Source: Candidatus Bathyarchaeia archaeon
GTDB lineage: Archaea; Thermoproteota; Bathyarchaeia; Bathyarchaeales; Bathycorpusculaceae
Length of the DNA: 64,000 bases
Direction of reading: 5' to 3'
Assembly: GCA_049516875.1 (NCBI GenBank)
Contig: JBEKSS010000002.1
Span: 64,001-128,000 of the forward strand
This document shows, one piece after another, positions 10,317 through 20,022 of the stretch. The position numbers and the translations under genes were made by a program. Every line of letters begins with the position of its first letter. The stretch's first letter is position 1. The notes under the pieces are model-generated. The model made no database searches. It was not told the origin of the DNA and worked only from the letters and a program-made list of their open reading frames with translations.

Positions 10317-10507
10317 GAACTGCGCGCCCTAATAGAAGCAATTTCTGCCACAAAGGCTTACGATCGCGCGCGCTCAGAATCATGAAACAAATGGCCTCAA
10401 CGAAAGTAAGGCGAGCTACTGCGCGCGCTAGGATAGCCTCAAAGGTGGCAGTATATATGTGATTATATCATCTTGGGTCATTCCGTCAATCGATTAGTGT
10501 TCTTAGG

Positions 10508-11698
10508 GTGGTATATTTGACTGGAGATGTTAGGAAAACTAGAAAACCTAGAATTGCGGTCATTGGTTCGCGTGGGATTCCAGCAACTTACGGCGGGTTT
10601 GAGACCATAGCTCAAGAGCTAAGTTCGGGATTAGTCAAGAAAGGATTTGAGGTATATGTAAGCTGCGAATCAAAAGGGTTCAAGATCAAGCCTTACGGGA
10701 ATTATCAGGGTGTAAGGCTTGTTTATTTCCCGGTAGTCAACAGTTTGCGAAGTCTTTCAGAAGTGTTCGTATATGATTCATTGTCGGTTTTGTGGACAAC
10801 GCTACGGGTCGATATCATATACATGTTAGGCTATTCCAGTGTTCTAACTTTAATTTTCCCAAAGCTTTTGGGGAGGGTAGTGCTGGTTAATGTTGATGGC
10901 TTGGAGGCTGCAAGACCAAAATTTAATCCATTGCTACGGTTCTTTTATCGCTCTTTTGAGAAATTCGTGACGAAGATAGCCGGGCATATAATTGTAGATT
11001 CCAAGACTATGGGTTTTTATTATCGGCGAAACTATGGAGTGGCACCTATTTATATCCCAAATGGTGGTGGATGCACACTCACTATTAAACCTCTTGATTC
11101 TACGATATTGAAAGCTTATGGCCTTGAAAAAAGGAAGTATTATTTGTTTATTGCAAGACTCACGCCTGATAATAGTATTGACTTGATAATTGATGCATTC
11201 AAGAGGACTAATTCACGAAAGAAATTAATCGTTGTTGGCCCCCTTGTAAAAAACAGTTTCGTCAAAAGATTATTGGCAAACAGAGACGAAAGGGTAGTTT
11301 TTCTTGGAGGCATATATGAGCCCAGACTCCAAAGAACGCTACGTTACAACTGCTACGCTTATATACATGGTCACCAAATGGGCGGTACAAGTGTCTCGTT
11401 GGTTGAAGCAATGAGTTGCAGCAATACTATTCTGGCTTTGGATACTTACAGCAATAGGGAAGTTGCCGAAACTTCAGCAATATACTTCAAAAAGGATGCT
11501 GAAGATTTAAAAGAGAAAATTGAAGCTTTGGAAGAAACCCAGTCCTGCGTTCAAGTTAATGAGACTGCGTATCTTCTTTACCAAAAGAAGTATTCATTGG
11601 ACAACACGGTGGGTAAATTTATTGATGTAATTGAAAATATCGCAGAAGCAAAGAGTCTGGCTCACAAGTATTGTCCATTGGCTTCCAACTTTCGCTAA
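10508..11698 (+). CDS. GT4 with DUF1972 N-terminus (rhamnosyltransferase-like)
   Basis: IGSRGIPATYGGFET, NVDGLE, HGHQMGGTSVSLVEAM. Confidence 0.88.
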   Translation: MVYLTGDVRKTRKPRIAVIGSRGIPATYGGFETIAQELSSGLVKKGFEVYVSCESKGFKIKPYGNYQGVRLVYFPVVNSLRSLSEVFVYDSLSVLWTTLRVDIIYMLGYSSVLTLIFPKLLGRVVLVNVDGLEAARPKFNPLLRFFYRSFEKFVTKIAGHIIVDSKTMGFYYRRNYGVAPIYIPNGGGCTLTIKPLDSTILKAYGLEKRKYYLFIARLTPDNSIDLIIDAFKRTNSRKKLIVVGPLVKNSFVKRLLANRDERVVFLGGIYEPRLQRTLRYNCYAYIHGHQMGGTSVSLVEAMSCSNTILALDTYSNREVAETSAIYFKKDAEDLKEKIEALEETQSCVQVNETAYLLYQKKYSLDNTVGKFIDVIENIAEAKSLAHKYCPLASNFR

Positions 11699-11751
11699 AG
11701 AAGTTAATACTGTGTTTATGGAAGATGATGTAACCTAGGCGGAGACAAAAA

Positions 11752-12627
11752 ATGAAGATACTTGTAACAGGAGCAGCAGGAATGCTCGGCAGTGCTCTAT
11801 GTCCCACGCTAACGCGAAGAGGACACACTGTGTTCTCGACGGATTTAGCCCCAGATGAAGGAATTGAATACTTGGACGTTAGAGATTATAAGCAAATAGA
11901 AACGTCCGTCAGGAAGGTTAAGCCCGATATGGTTATGCATCTAGCAGCTGAGACAGATGTGGATAAGTGTGAACTTGAACCTGATCATGCATTTCTGACA
12001 AATACTATAGGCACTCAGAATGTAGCTCTAGTGTGTCAAAAACGGGGCATTGTGATGGTTTACATTAGTACTATAGGTGTCTTTTATGGGGATAAGCCTG
12101 AACCCTACACGGAGTTTGATAACCCCAATCCGATTAATGTTTATGGTCGAAGTAAGCTTGAAGGCGAGAAGATTGTTCAGAGTCTATTGGAAAGGTACTA
12201 CATAGTTCGAGCGGGTTGGATGGTTGGTGGCGGTCCTGAAAAGGATAAGAAATTTATCGGTAAAATTATGAAACGAATGAATGAAACAACTGTACTGAAG
12301 GCTGTCAATGATAAAATAGGAAGCCCCACATATACTGTTGACTTTTCCAGCTGCTTGGCCGATCTTGTTGAAACCGGATATTATGGCCTTTATCACTGTA
12401 CTAACAAAGGTTATGGTTCAAGATTTGATGTCGCCCAAAAAATTGTCGATTTCTTGGGAAGATCTGGTGTGACCGTTGAGCCTGTTGGTTCTGCGCATTT
12501 TCCTTTGCCTGCAGCACGGGCAAGATCAGAAATGTCCAGAAACTATAAGCTTGAACTGCTCGGCAAGGATACGATGAGGAATTGGGAAGACGCTCTCAAA
12601 GAATACATAAATTCGTGTTGGAAATAA
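11752..12627 (+). CDS. rmlD: dTDP-4-dehydrorhamnose reductase
   Basis: GAAGMLG, AAETDVDKCE, YGRSKLEGE, GSPTY. Confidence 0.9.
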   Translation: MKILVTGAAGMLGSALCPTLTRRGHTVFSTDLAPDEGIEYLDVRDYKQIETSVRKVKPDMVMHLAAETDVDKCELEPDHAFLTNTIGTQNVALVCQKRGIVMVYISTIGVFYGDKPEPYTEFDNPNPINVYGRSKLEGEKIVQSLLERYYIVRAGWMVGGGPEKDKKFIGKIMKRMNETTVLKAVNDKIGSPTYTVDFSSCLADLVETGYYGLYHCTNKGYGSRFDVAQKIVDFLGRSGVTVEPVGSAHFPLPAARARSEMSRNYKLELLGKDTMRNWEDALKEYINSCWK

Positions 12628-12779
12628 GCTTGCGTTCAATTGAAGTTCTGCTGAGTTTTCCTTTTTCCATCTTTTCATTTCTTTCCTTCTTCCAGCTTAA
12701 GCTTAGATGTAAGTCCTAGTTCGACCATCAAAAAGAGTTACCTACGCTAAATCAAGCGGCACTTATCGGGACTTACGCC

Positions 12780-14024
12780 TTGTTCCCTATCATAATCCTT
12801 GATGATTTTCAAAAAAGCACCAAGATGTATGTTATGGAAGTAGTACTATTAAATCATGACTATCCTCCGTTTATTTTCGGCGGAGTTGGGACTTTTGTGC
12901 ATGAACTGGCAAAGGGTCTTTCGCGCAATGGTGTAAAGGTTCATGTGATAACTGGATATAATGAAGACATTAGTTCAATGGGCAGTTTTGGGTTCCAGCG
13001 AAGTACAGAAGATGATATAGACGTTCTGAGATTCTCCTATCCGAATATTCCTCCTAGACACACGGTTTTTCAAGTGTGGAACATAAAGAAAATACTGAAA
13101 GTCATCCGAGATCTTGATGTAGACGTCATCCATGGTCAATGCAGCGCCACTTATCCAGCACTACCTCTTCTAAGAAGAGAGGCACCAGTCCTTGTCACTT
13201 TTCATACGAGTCCGATGATGCAGAAAATAGCGAGTACGCAATCGATTTTTCGTGGAGGAAGCTTTAGGGATTTCTGGACAAATTTGGTCGGTTATCACGC
13301 ATATCATTTTGCATTTCTCAAAGAGCTTCAAGGCTCAGATGCAGCAGTTACTGTTTCAAGAGCTCTAAAATCTGAGATTTTAGCAGAAATGGGCGAAAAA
13401 TATGCGGACAAAATACAGTACATACACAATGGTGTTGACCTTCAATCTCTTGACAAAGAATATGAAGAGGCTGAAACAGGGGCCACAGAATCTGAAAAAA
13501 CAATACTCTTTGCGGGTCGTCTATTCTGGCTAAAAGGCGCGTTGAGCATTATTGAAATGGCTTACTTACTGCAAAAGAACAAGACAAAATTCAAGATAAT
13601 TGTCCACGGAACCGGCCCGCTTTTCAATAAAATGCGGGAATACATAAGTTCACTAGGGTTGAGAAATATAGACCTTAAGGGCTTTGCCACAAAGCCACAA
13701 CTCATGAATAGCATGAAACAATGCGCATTTGTCGCAATTCCAAGCATGTATGAAGCGTGTCCAATGATACTTCTTGAGAGTATGTGTTTGGGGAAGATTC
13801 CTCTAATGCTAAAACTCCCGTTCTCCTCCGAACTTACTGAGGACGGAAAATATGGAATACTTGGCGACGGAGTAAAAAGTCTGACAGATCGGCTAATAAC
13901 ACTGGAGAATACTCATTCCCTGAGCCAATTAAGTAACAAAATTCGAATATTTGCTAGGAATCTCTACAACATGGACAAGGTAACCCAAAAATATATCGCG
14001 ATGTATCGCGATATATTTTCATAA
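12780..14024 (+). CDS. GT4 glycosyltransferase
   Basis: DYPPFIFGGVG, HNGVD, FAGRL, PSMYEACPMILLESM; true start probably near 12826-12835. Confidence 0.9.
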   Translation: MFPIIILDDFQKSTKMYVMEVVLLNHDYPPFIFGGVGTFVHELAKGLSRNGVKVHVITGYNEDISSMGSFGFQRSTEDDIDVLRFSYPNIPPRHTVFQVWNIKKILKVIRDLDVDVIHGQCSATYPALPLLRREAPVLVTFHTSPMMQKIASTQSIFRGGSFRDFWTNLVGYHAYHFAFLKELQGSDAAVTVSRALKSEILAEMGEKYADKIQYIHNGVDLQSLDKEYEEAETGATESEKTILFAGRLFWLKGALSIIEMAYLLQKNKTKFKIIVHGTGPLFNKMREYISSLGLRNIDLKGFATKPQLMNSMKQCAFVAIPSMYEACPMILLESMCLGKIPLMLKLPFSSELTEDGKYGILGDGVKSLTDRLITLENTHSLSQLSNKIRIFARNLYNMDKVTQKYIAMYRDIFS

Positions 14025-14168
14025 TGGGTTCAAGTGAACAATTGGCGCGCACCGGCTTATTGCTAAATCGATCGATCTTTGTGTCAACCAGTTTGTCCAG
14101 AATTCAAGAAACGGAATTGAAACCATTCTTGACCATTTTTTACCCTTTTCGGAACAGCCATGCGCCCC

Positions 14169-14223
14169 ATGGGCATGGTTAAATATTCTCTCCCAGTTAA
14201 CAATGGGCATGTTTAAATATTCT
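14169..14223 (+). promoter_or_regulatory. Tandemly duplicated TATA-like promoter
   Basis: atgggcatg(g/t)TTAAATAttct occurs twice (14169-14189 and 14203-14223), ~40-80 bp upstream of ATG 14261. Confidence 0.5.
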
Positions 14224-14260
14224 TCTCGATTTCTTATGGATTGGGAGAAGGTTAGGCTAT

Positions 14261-15625
14261 ATGCGGATTCACACAGCGTGCTTGTCCCGTGTTTTTCTAG
14301 TTCTCTTGCTTCTTTCTCTGCTTGAGGTAGGGTTCAAGGTTTCTGTGGCTTTTGCAGCCGAAGTAGGTTCTGGTCCACGTCTTCCTGACCTTAACGGTGA
14401 TGGCGTTGTTGATATGCGTGATATAGCTATAGCTATACGCGCTTGTGGTTCCCAGGCGGGGGATCCTAATTGGAACAGTGCAGCTGACCTTAATTATGAT
14501 GGCGTGGTGAATATGGACGATGTTGCCGCCATAGTAAAAGATTTTGCGAAGAAGTGCAGAACGTATGACTTTAACGATATGTCGGACTGGATTGTGAGTG
14601 GTGGAAACTGGAGTGTACAGAATGGTACTCTTGAGGGATCCAGCAGCTATGACGGTTTGATTTACGTTGGGGACGCTGCGTGGAAAGATTCCGCGTTCAC
14701 TGCGAGGCTGAAGTTTGCAGGGGACAGCGAGTATACGGAGGCCGCTGTTGCGTTTTTAGCGCGCGCGCGTGACCCGAACAATTTCTATTATGCGGGACTC
14801 GGCTGCTGGGGTCATAGAGTCTCGATTTCAACTAGGGTAGGTGGTGTCTGGCGGGAGTTGGCGTTCAGCGGTGACGTAGCAGACGTTGAGAAAGATGTTT
14901 GGTACGTTTTAGCGGTAAAAGTTTCTGGTGGTGCGATTATGCTGTACTTGGACGGCTCCTTGGAATTGTCGGTGAATGATTCGACTTTTGTATCAGGCTC
15001 TGTTGGGATAAGCATCTGGGATTCACATGTGATCGTCGACTATGTGACTGCCATCGGGACAATCGATCGATCGAATGCAAATTTGGCCGTTATTCCGGAC
15101 GATTGGTATTATACGCAATATCCAAACATCCATTTAGACTATGACGTTGTACGTACGCCAGGAGATCCAAGCATCCGCCTTGAACCTCATACCGCGAATG
15201 ACACGAATAGCGCCCGAGAGGTTGATGGCAAATGGTATGACATTAAGCCTGGCGATCACGTTGTTGCTAAATGCTGGATGAGAGTCTTAACAGGGCCTTC
15301 AACCTATGGTTATCCCTATTGCGGAGCGCGAATCGGAATAGACTTCTATGGAGGTTCACCATACCGACTTTTAGACGCAGCCCAATTCTGGAGTGACTAT
15401 TATGGTGGTGATTTCAGTAAAGGATATGTGCAGGATTCTAATGGAGGTGCTTGGCAACAGAGGATGATCGACATTGTCGTTCCTGCAACTGTAGGCGACT
15501 CTGCTGGCAATCCTCAAGTGCCCACTCAATTTGTTTTGTGGCTGCAAGGTGCGCCTTGGATTGTAGATTCAACCTCCACTTCAGTTTGGTTCGCCGACGC
15601 TGAACTGTACATTAATCCAACATGA
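14261..15625 (+). CDS. Secreted protein: dockerin, LamG/DUF1080-like beta-sandwich and C-terminal domain shared with 17208-17954
   Basis: Signal peptide; DLNGDGVVDMRD...DLNYDGVVNMDD; C-terminal block near-identical to the paralog. Confidence 0.8.
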   Translation: MRIHTACLSRVFLVLLLLSLLEVGFKVSVAFAAEVGSGPRLPDLNGDGVVDMRDIAIAIRACGSQAGDPNWNSAADLNYDGVVNMDDVAAIVKDFAKKCRTYDFNDMSDWIVSGGNWSVQNGTLEGSSSYDGLIYVGDAAWKDSAFTARLKFAGDSEYTEAAVAFLARARDPNNFYYAGLGCWGHRVSISTRVGGVWRELAFSGDVADVEKDVWYVLAVKVSGGAIMLYLDGSLELSVNDSTFVSGSVGISIWDSHVIVDYVTAIGTIDRSNANLAVIPDDWYYTQYPNIHLDYDVVRTPGDPSIRLEPHTANDTNSAREVDGKWYDIKPGDHVVAKCWMRVLTGPSTYGYPYCGARIGIDFYGGSPYRLLDAAQFWSDYYGGDFSKGYVQDSNGGAWQQRMIDIVVPATVGDSAGNPQVPTQFVLWLQGAPWIVDSTSTSVWFADAELYINPT

Positions 15626-15772
15626 GGTGTAGGTATAAGTAACCGAAAAGTTCATACGTAGACGGTTTCGTTTCATCCTGTCTTTGGCTATCCAAATGGT
15701 GGTCTAAGTCAACCTTTCGCTGGTCCATGTATTAGCGCGCGCGCTTAGCGAATAACGATCGATCTTCATGGA

Positions 15773-16564
15773 TTGGTGGAGAATAATATGGATGACGATA
15801 CTTACTTACCTACAAGACGCGAATTAGAAGATTATTATGAGGTAAAAGAGGTTGATCGAAGACTTTCGTATTTCCTTGTCACCTCTTCTTCGATAACGTG
15901 TGACGTTGGCGGAAGTATAGGAATTGATGCTTTGCCCCTGGCAAGGCTCGGGTCTCTGTGCATTTGCGTAGACATTAACAAGGGTCATGTCAAAGCAGGG
16001 AAAACTCTGTCCAAGAAAAAAGTTTTCATGAACAAGCTGGAGTTCGTCGTAGCTAGCGCGACTCATTTACCCTTCAAAGATTCTTCACTTGATCTGGTTA
16101 CTTGTTTTTCTGTTCTGGATCATCTCCCAAGTAAAGAGGATGCCTGTTTGGCAGTAAATGAGTTTTCAAGAGTGGTTAGGGATTTCAAGTACGTCGTTGT
16201 CACAGTTCCGAATAGACTTTTTCTCATAGGAACTGTATTCATGAGATTGAAACAGCTTCTCGACTCTGATGCTTACTTTGAGCAAAGATTCACTCCGCAA
16301 GAAATGCAGAAAATGATGGTTATGTCGGGGCTTACGCCACTAGCTCTGGATTCAAAATACCCAACCAGCGCGCGCGGGGTTTTGAAAGAAAGCAATTTGC
16401 CAAGGATCATGAGTAAAATTCCACCGAAAATATTCGATCCTGTGCTTCTGATAGCAGAGAGTGTGTCCCGAAAACTGGAGAAAAGAATTTGGTTAAGGCT
16501 ATTTGGCGCAAGGTTTGGATACCTGTCTCAAAAAAGAGTTGATAACTATGATCGATCGATTTAA
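15773..16564 (+). CDS. Class I SAM-dependent methyltransferase
   Basis: CDVGGSIG, ASATHLPFKDSSLDLV, SVLDHL, VTVPN. Confidence 0.85.
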   Translation: MVENNMDDDTYLPTRRELEDYYEVKEVDRRLSYFLVTSSSITCDVGGSIGIDALPLARLGSLCICVDINKGHVKAGKTLSKKKVFMNKLEFVVASATHLPFKDSSLDLVTCFSVLDHLPSKEDACLAVNEFSRVVRDFKYVVVTVPNRLFLIGTVFMRLKQLLDSDAYFEQRFTPQEMQKMMVMSGLTPLALDSKYPTSARGVLKESNLPRIMSKIPPKIFDPVLLIAESVSRKLEKRIWLRLFGARFGYLSQKRVDNYDRSI

Positions 16565-16599
16565 CCATTTTGGCACGCAGTTGGAATTCCCACCCTGGG

Positions 16600-16668
16600 G
16601 ATCCCAGCGCGCGCAGCCGACCTTAATTGTGATGACGTGGTGAATGTTTGCGATGCTGTCATCCTACT
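16600..16668 (+). pseudogene. Dockerin repeat fragment
   Basis: Reads DPSARAADLNCDDVVNVCDAVIL; DNA resembles 14462-14522. Confidence 0.6.
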
Positions 16669-16747
16669 CAGAGATCGATCGGTCAGACGAAGGAGCAGAT
16701 TCCAAGAGAAAAGGATAAATAACTACCTCACATAGGCGCGCTATCGC

Positions 16748-16865
16748 TCGCTCTTTTGAGAAATTGATAAAGAAAATAGCTGATTATATAATTGTAGATT
16801 CAAAGACTATGGATTTCTATTATCGGCGAGACTATTGGGTGGCACCAATCTATATCCCAAATGGT
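16748..16865 (+). pseudogene. Internal fragment of a DUF1972-GT4 paralog
   Basis: Diverged copy of 10948-11065 (RSFEKLIKKIADYIIVDSKTMDFYYRRDYWVAPIYIPNG). Confidence 0.85.
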
Positions 16866-16890
16866 AGCGCGATCGATCGATCGCATACAG

Positions 16891-17014
16891 TCTGGAAAAT
16901 TATCTTCTATCGATTAGCGAACTGAGGAAGAAATAGAAGCAGTTCTTATCACAAGGGGTTACGACTTCGTTTTCCAGAATCATCAAACAAATGATCTTCA
17001 ATGAAAGCAAGGCG
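16891..17014 (+). pseudogene. Copy of GT4 3' end plus downstream intergenic DNA
   Basis: tctggaaaattatcttctatcgatt...aatagaagca...cagaatcat.aaacaaatg matches 10289-10413. Confidence 0.8.
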
Positions 17015-17207
17015 CGTTAGAAAAATGAAATTGTTGAGTCTTGTAACGTGGTTATCGAGATTGAACTGATGCAAAGTCCATTATTTCAAATAGGAGTCGA
17101 TACTGTGTTTATGTTGAACACTTCGACAGAATCATTTATATCAAGAGTTCCGATATCTGAAACAGAAAGAACTTCAGAAAATTGCATTGCGTGCGGATGT
17201 GTAACTA

Positions 17208-17954
17208 GTGGGAAAGAAAGAATGTCTTGCGTTTCTTTTTTGCCTGATACTATGTTATTCTCTTTTCCAAAATATCGTGAGGGCACAGAGTTCATCACAT
17301 TTCAATATATCCTCTCAAGGAAGCATCAATTACACGCCTTCAAATGTAAACTTGGCTGTGATTCCTTATGACCCGAGCTTGCCATATGACAACGGTTGGG
17401 GTGACTATAAAGGGAACATAGTCTGGATGAGTGGAAAACCACAGCTTTGTTTCCTAGACAACAATATTGTTCGAACGGCTGGCAAACCAAGTATACGCCT
17501 TGAGCCAAATTTCAACGGTTGTCCGAATTCTGCACGAGAATGCGATGGCGCATGGTTTTCCATTAAGCCAGGAGACCACATTGTTGCTAAATGCTGGATG
17601 AGAGTCTTAACTGGACCATCAACCTATGGTTATCCTTACTGCGGAGCGCGAATCGGAATAGATTTCGACGGTTATGACGGTGACGGCAAATACGTCATTT
17701 TAGATGCAGCCCAATTCTGGAGTGACTATTATGGTGGTGATTTCAGTAAAGGCTACGTGCAGGATTCTAATGGCGGCGCTTGGCAACAGAGGATAATAGA
17801 CATTGTCGTTCCTGCAACTGTAGGCGACACTCTAAATCGTCCGTGTGTACCTGATACGATGGTTCTGTGGGTACAAGGAGCACCCTGGATTATCAACCCT
17901 ACTGCCAGCAATGTATGGTTTGCTGACGCTGAGTTGTATATTAATCCTGTTTAA
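17208..17954 (+). CDS. Secreted beta-sandwich protein (possibly carbohydrate-binding)
   Basis: Signal peptide; KPGDH.VAKCWMRVLTGPSTYGYPYCGARIGIDF and WFADAELYINP shared with 14261-15625. Confidence 0.75.
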   Translation: MGKKECLAFLFCLILCYSLFQNIVRAQSSSHFNISSQGSINYTPSNVNLAVIPYDPSLPYDNGWGDYKGNIVWMSGKPQLCFLDNNIVRTAGKPSIRLEPNFNGCPNSARECDGAWFSIKPGDHIVAKCWMRVLTGPSTYGYPYCGARIGIDFDGYDGDGKYVILDAAQFWSDYYGGDFSKGYVQDSNGGAWQQRIIDIVVPATVGDTLNRPCVPDTMVLWVQGAPWIINPTASNVWFADAELYINPV

Positions 17955-17959
17955 GTAAC

Positions 17960-19681
17960 ATGCAAAATGGAAGCGCTCTCTGTCACCTACAAGAATATGC
18001 TGTGGGAAAAATCAGGAGTTCTTTGGGGAGTTATCGATTTTTTATTAAGACTATATCTGATAAGGTGAAAAACTTGGAAAGGAGTAAACTAGCACTTTTG
18101 CCATTTTTCGTTGGCTTAGCACTTTTATCTTACTCATGGTACACAAGCTATCCACTATCGATTGAATTCCCTGGCGATTTTGTTTTCAATCATATGTCAA
18201 TTTTTTATTGGCTCAGTCTTCCATTGGTATTAGGTTCTCTTTACGTATTAGGCGTATTTTCGAAAAGTCGTTCTTTGAAATGTGCTGTATCCGTGGCAAT
18301 CATTGTAGCCATTTATTCATTATCCTTCTTCTACTACTCAATGCCTACCGTCGATTCACAGTTTTTTAGGGGACTAACGGAGTATTTCATAAAAACGGGT
18401 AACTTGGACGCTTCTCAACCTGGTCACTTCTATTTTCAATGGCCATCTTATTTCTTTTTAGCTGACATTGTAACCTCTGTAAGCGGGTTAGAACTGATTT
18501 ATTTCGAATTTTTGTTTTATGCAATAATTGGCGTTTTGCTGACTGCAACATTGTATGTTTATGCTTCAAGACTCTTCAAAGATGGAGCTTTGTTGGGGGT
18601 AATTTCTTTTTTTATTTCAATGTATTATTTCTTGAATTTTCAAAGCTGTCCTTTTTCATTTGCTCTTGCGCTCACTTTCGTCTTGTTTATGTTGGAAACA
18701 CGAAAAAAGAGTGCCCCTTTGATTGTGTCGATGCTTGCAATATTTTTCTGCGTTTCATTGACCCACTATTTTGTCGCTATATTTTTTGTTCTTTATCTAA
18801 TTTTCCGGAGTCTCATAAACAGAAGCAAACAATACGCAACGCTCTCCTTGCTGGCATTAACCGTTTACCTAGTGACTCAAACCACGCTTGCTTCATGGAA
18901 CTGGATACAACTTACCATTGGAGAGTTGTTAACTTTGTCTCCAGAGTATGGATCAATCTCTCAAGCAACGTTGAATACTCCGGTTTCAATGCCGATTGAC
19001 GTAATAGCCCAGACAGTATCGAGGACCGTGACAATTGCGGTTGTTTTGGTGTGCATCATTGGTTGCGCTTTTATGTTGAAAAGGCGAAAGTTGAGGGCCA
19101 TTGATTGGGCCATTTTTCTTTCTAGCTTAGCTTATTTGGCTTTCGGTGCTGTTTTCCACACTCTGGGCTTAAGGGCTATCCAAGTGCTTTTCATTCCTGT
19201 CTCTTTGGGAGCTGCGTGTTTATTCGAAACCAGATTCAGATCGTATTTAAAAGGTCTATTTTTGGTTTTATTGATCCTTTTTGTTTTTGTGCCCATTCAC
19301 AACTCGTACAATTCCTTTTCTGGTAGTTTTGTCCCTTTCCAAACGAAAGAAGCTTCTAACGCTGAACACTTCCTTATGGATCACTATGACTGGACGAACC
19401 CAAGCCTAATACTTGCCCACTCTCCTGTAGGAGTATATTTGCTATCAAGTTTGGACGCAAAACAGATTAAAGCAGCATTTGAAGACGAGTTTTCGCACCT
19501 TTTTCCTAGGCTAAAAGAATATGACTGCATACTTTACACGGTGGGTCTTGGCAACAACTTCTTAGGGTATAATTACACAACAGAAGGGATTGCTTACGAA
19601 GAGAAGCTAAATGTTGTGTACAATAATGGTTTCTCCCAGATAGCAATAAAAGGTTCGCACTTTGCATCGGTGACCCCATGA
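17960..19681 (+). CDS. Polytopic membrane protein (GT-C/polymerase-like)
   Basis: More than 10 TM segments, YFQWPSYF loop, C-terminal VVYNNG motif. Confidence 0.65.
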   Translation: MQNGSALCHLQEYAVGKIRSSLGSYRFFIKTISDKVKNLERSKLALLPFFVGLALLSYSWYTSYPLSIEFPGDFVFNHMSIFYWLSLPLVLGSLYVLGVFSKSRSLKCAVSVAIIVAIYSLSFFYYSMPTVDSQFFRGLTEYFIKTGNLDASQPGHFYFQWPSYFFLADIVTSVSGLELIYFEFLFYAIIGVLLTATLYVYASRLFKDGALLGVISFFISMYYFLNFQSCPFSFALALTFVLFMLETRKKSAPLIVSMLAIFFCVSLTHYFVAIFFVLYLIFRSLINRSKQYATLSLLALTVYLVTQTTLASWNWIQLTIGELLTLSPEYGSISQATLNTPVSMPIDVIAQTVSRTVTIAVVLVCIIGCAFMLKRRKLRAIDWAIFLSSLAYLAFGAVFHTLGLRAIQVLFIPVSLGAACLFETRFRSYLKGLFLVLLILFVFVPIHNSYNSFSGSFVPFQTKEASNAEHFLMDHYDWTNPSLILAHSPVGVYLLSSLDAKQIKAAFEDEFSHLFPRLKEYDCILYTVGLGNNFLGYNYTTEGIAYEEKLNVVYNNGFSQIAIKGSHFASVTP

Positions 19682-20022
19682 TTGCAAGTTTTGCCACAAT
19701 GATTCATGGGCCGCAAATGTATTACAACTTCGTTAGACCACACCAGGTCTTAGATGAAAAACCCCGCGATTGTGGGCTGCTTTCCCCGTCCCAGCAATCC
19801 TCTTTTTGTCACCAAGTGATTACATAATAGTTACAAAAATGACGTTTTGCTCGTTTTGTTCAAGTTAATTAACGAATTTTATACAGATCGATCGAAGTAA
19901 GATGTGCCCAATTGAAGTTCTGCTAGTCTCCTTTTAAGTGTATATGTCGGGAGAAGATTCCTGTAATAATGAGAAGTGTGAAGAGCTGGATACAATTCAT
20001 TTCAGATTGAGTTCTAAATGAG

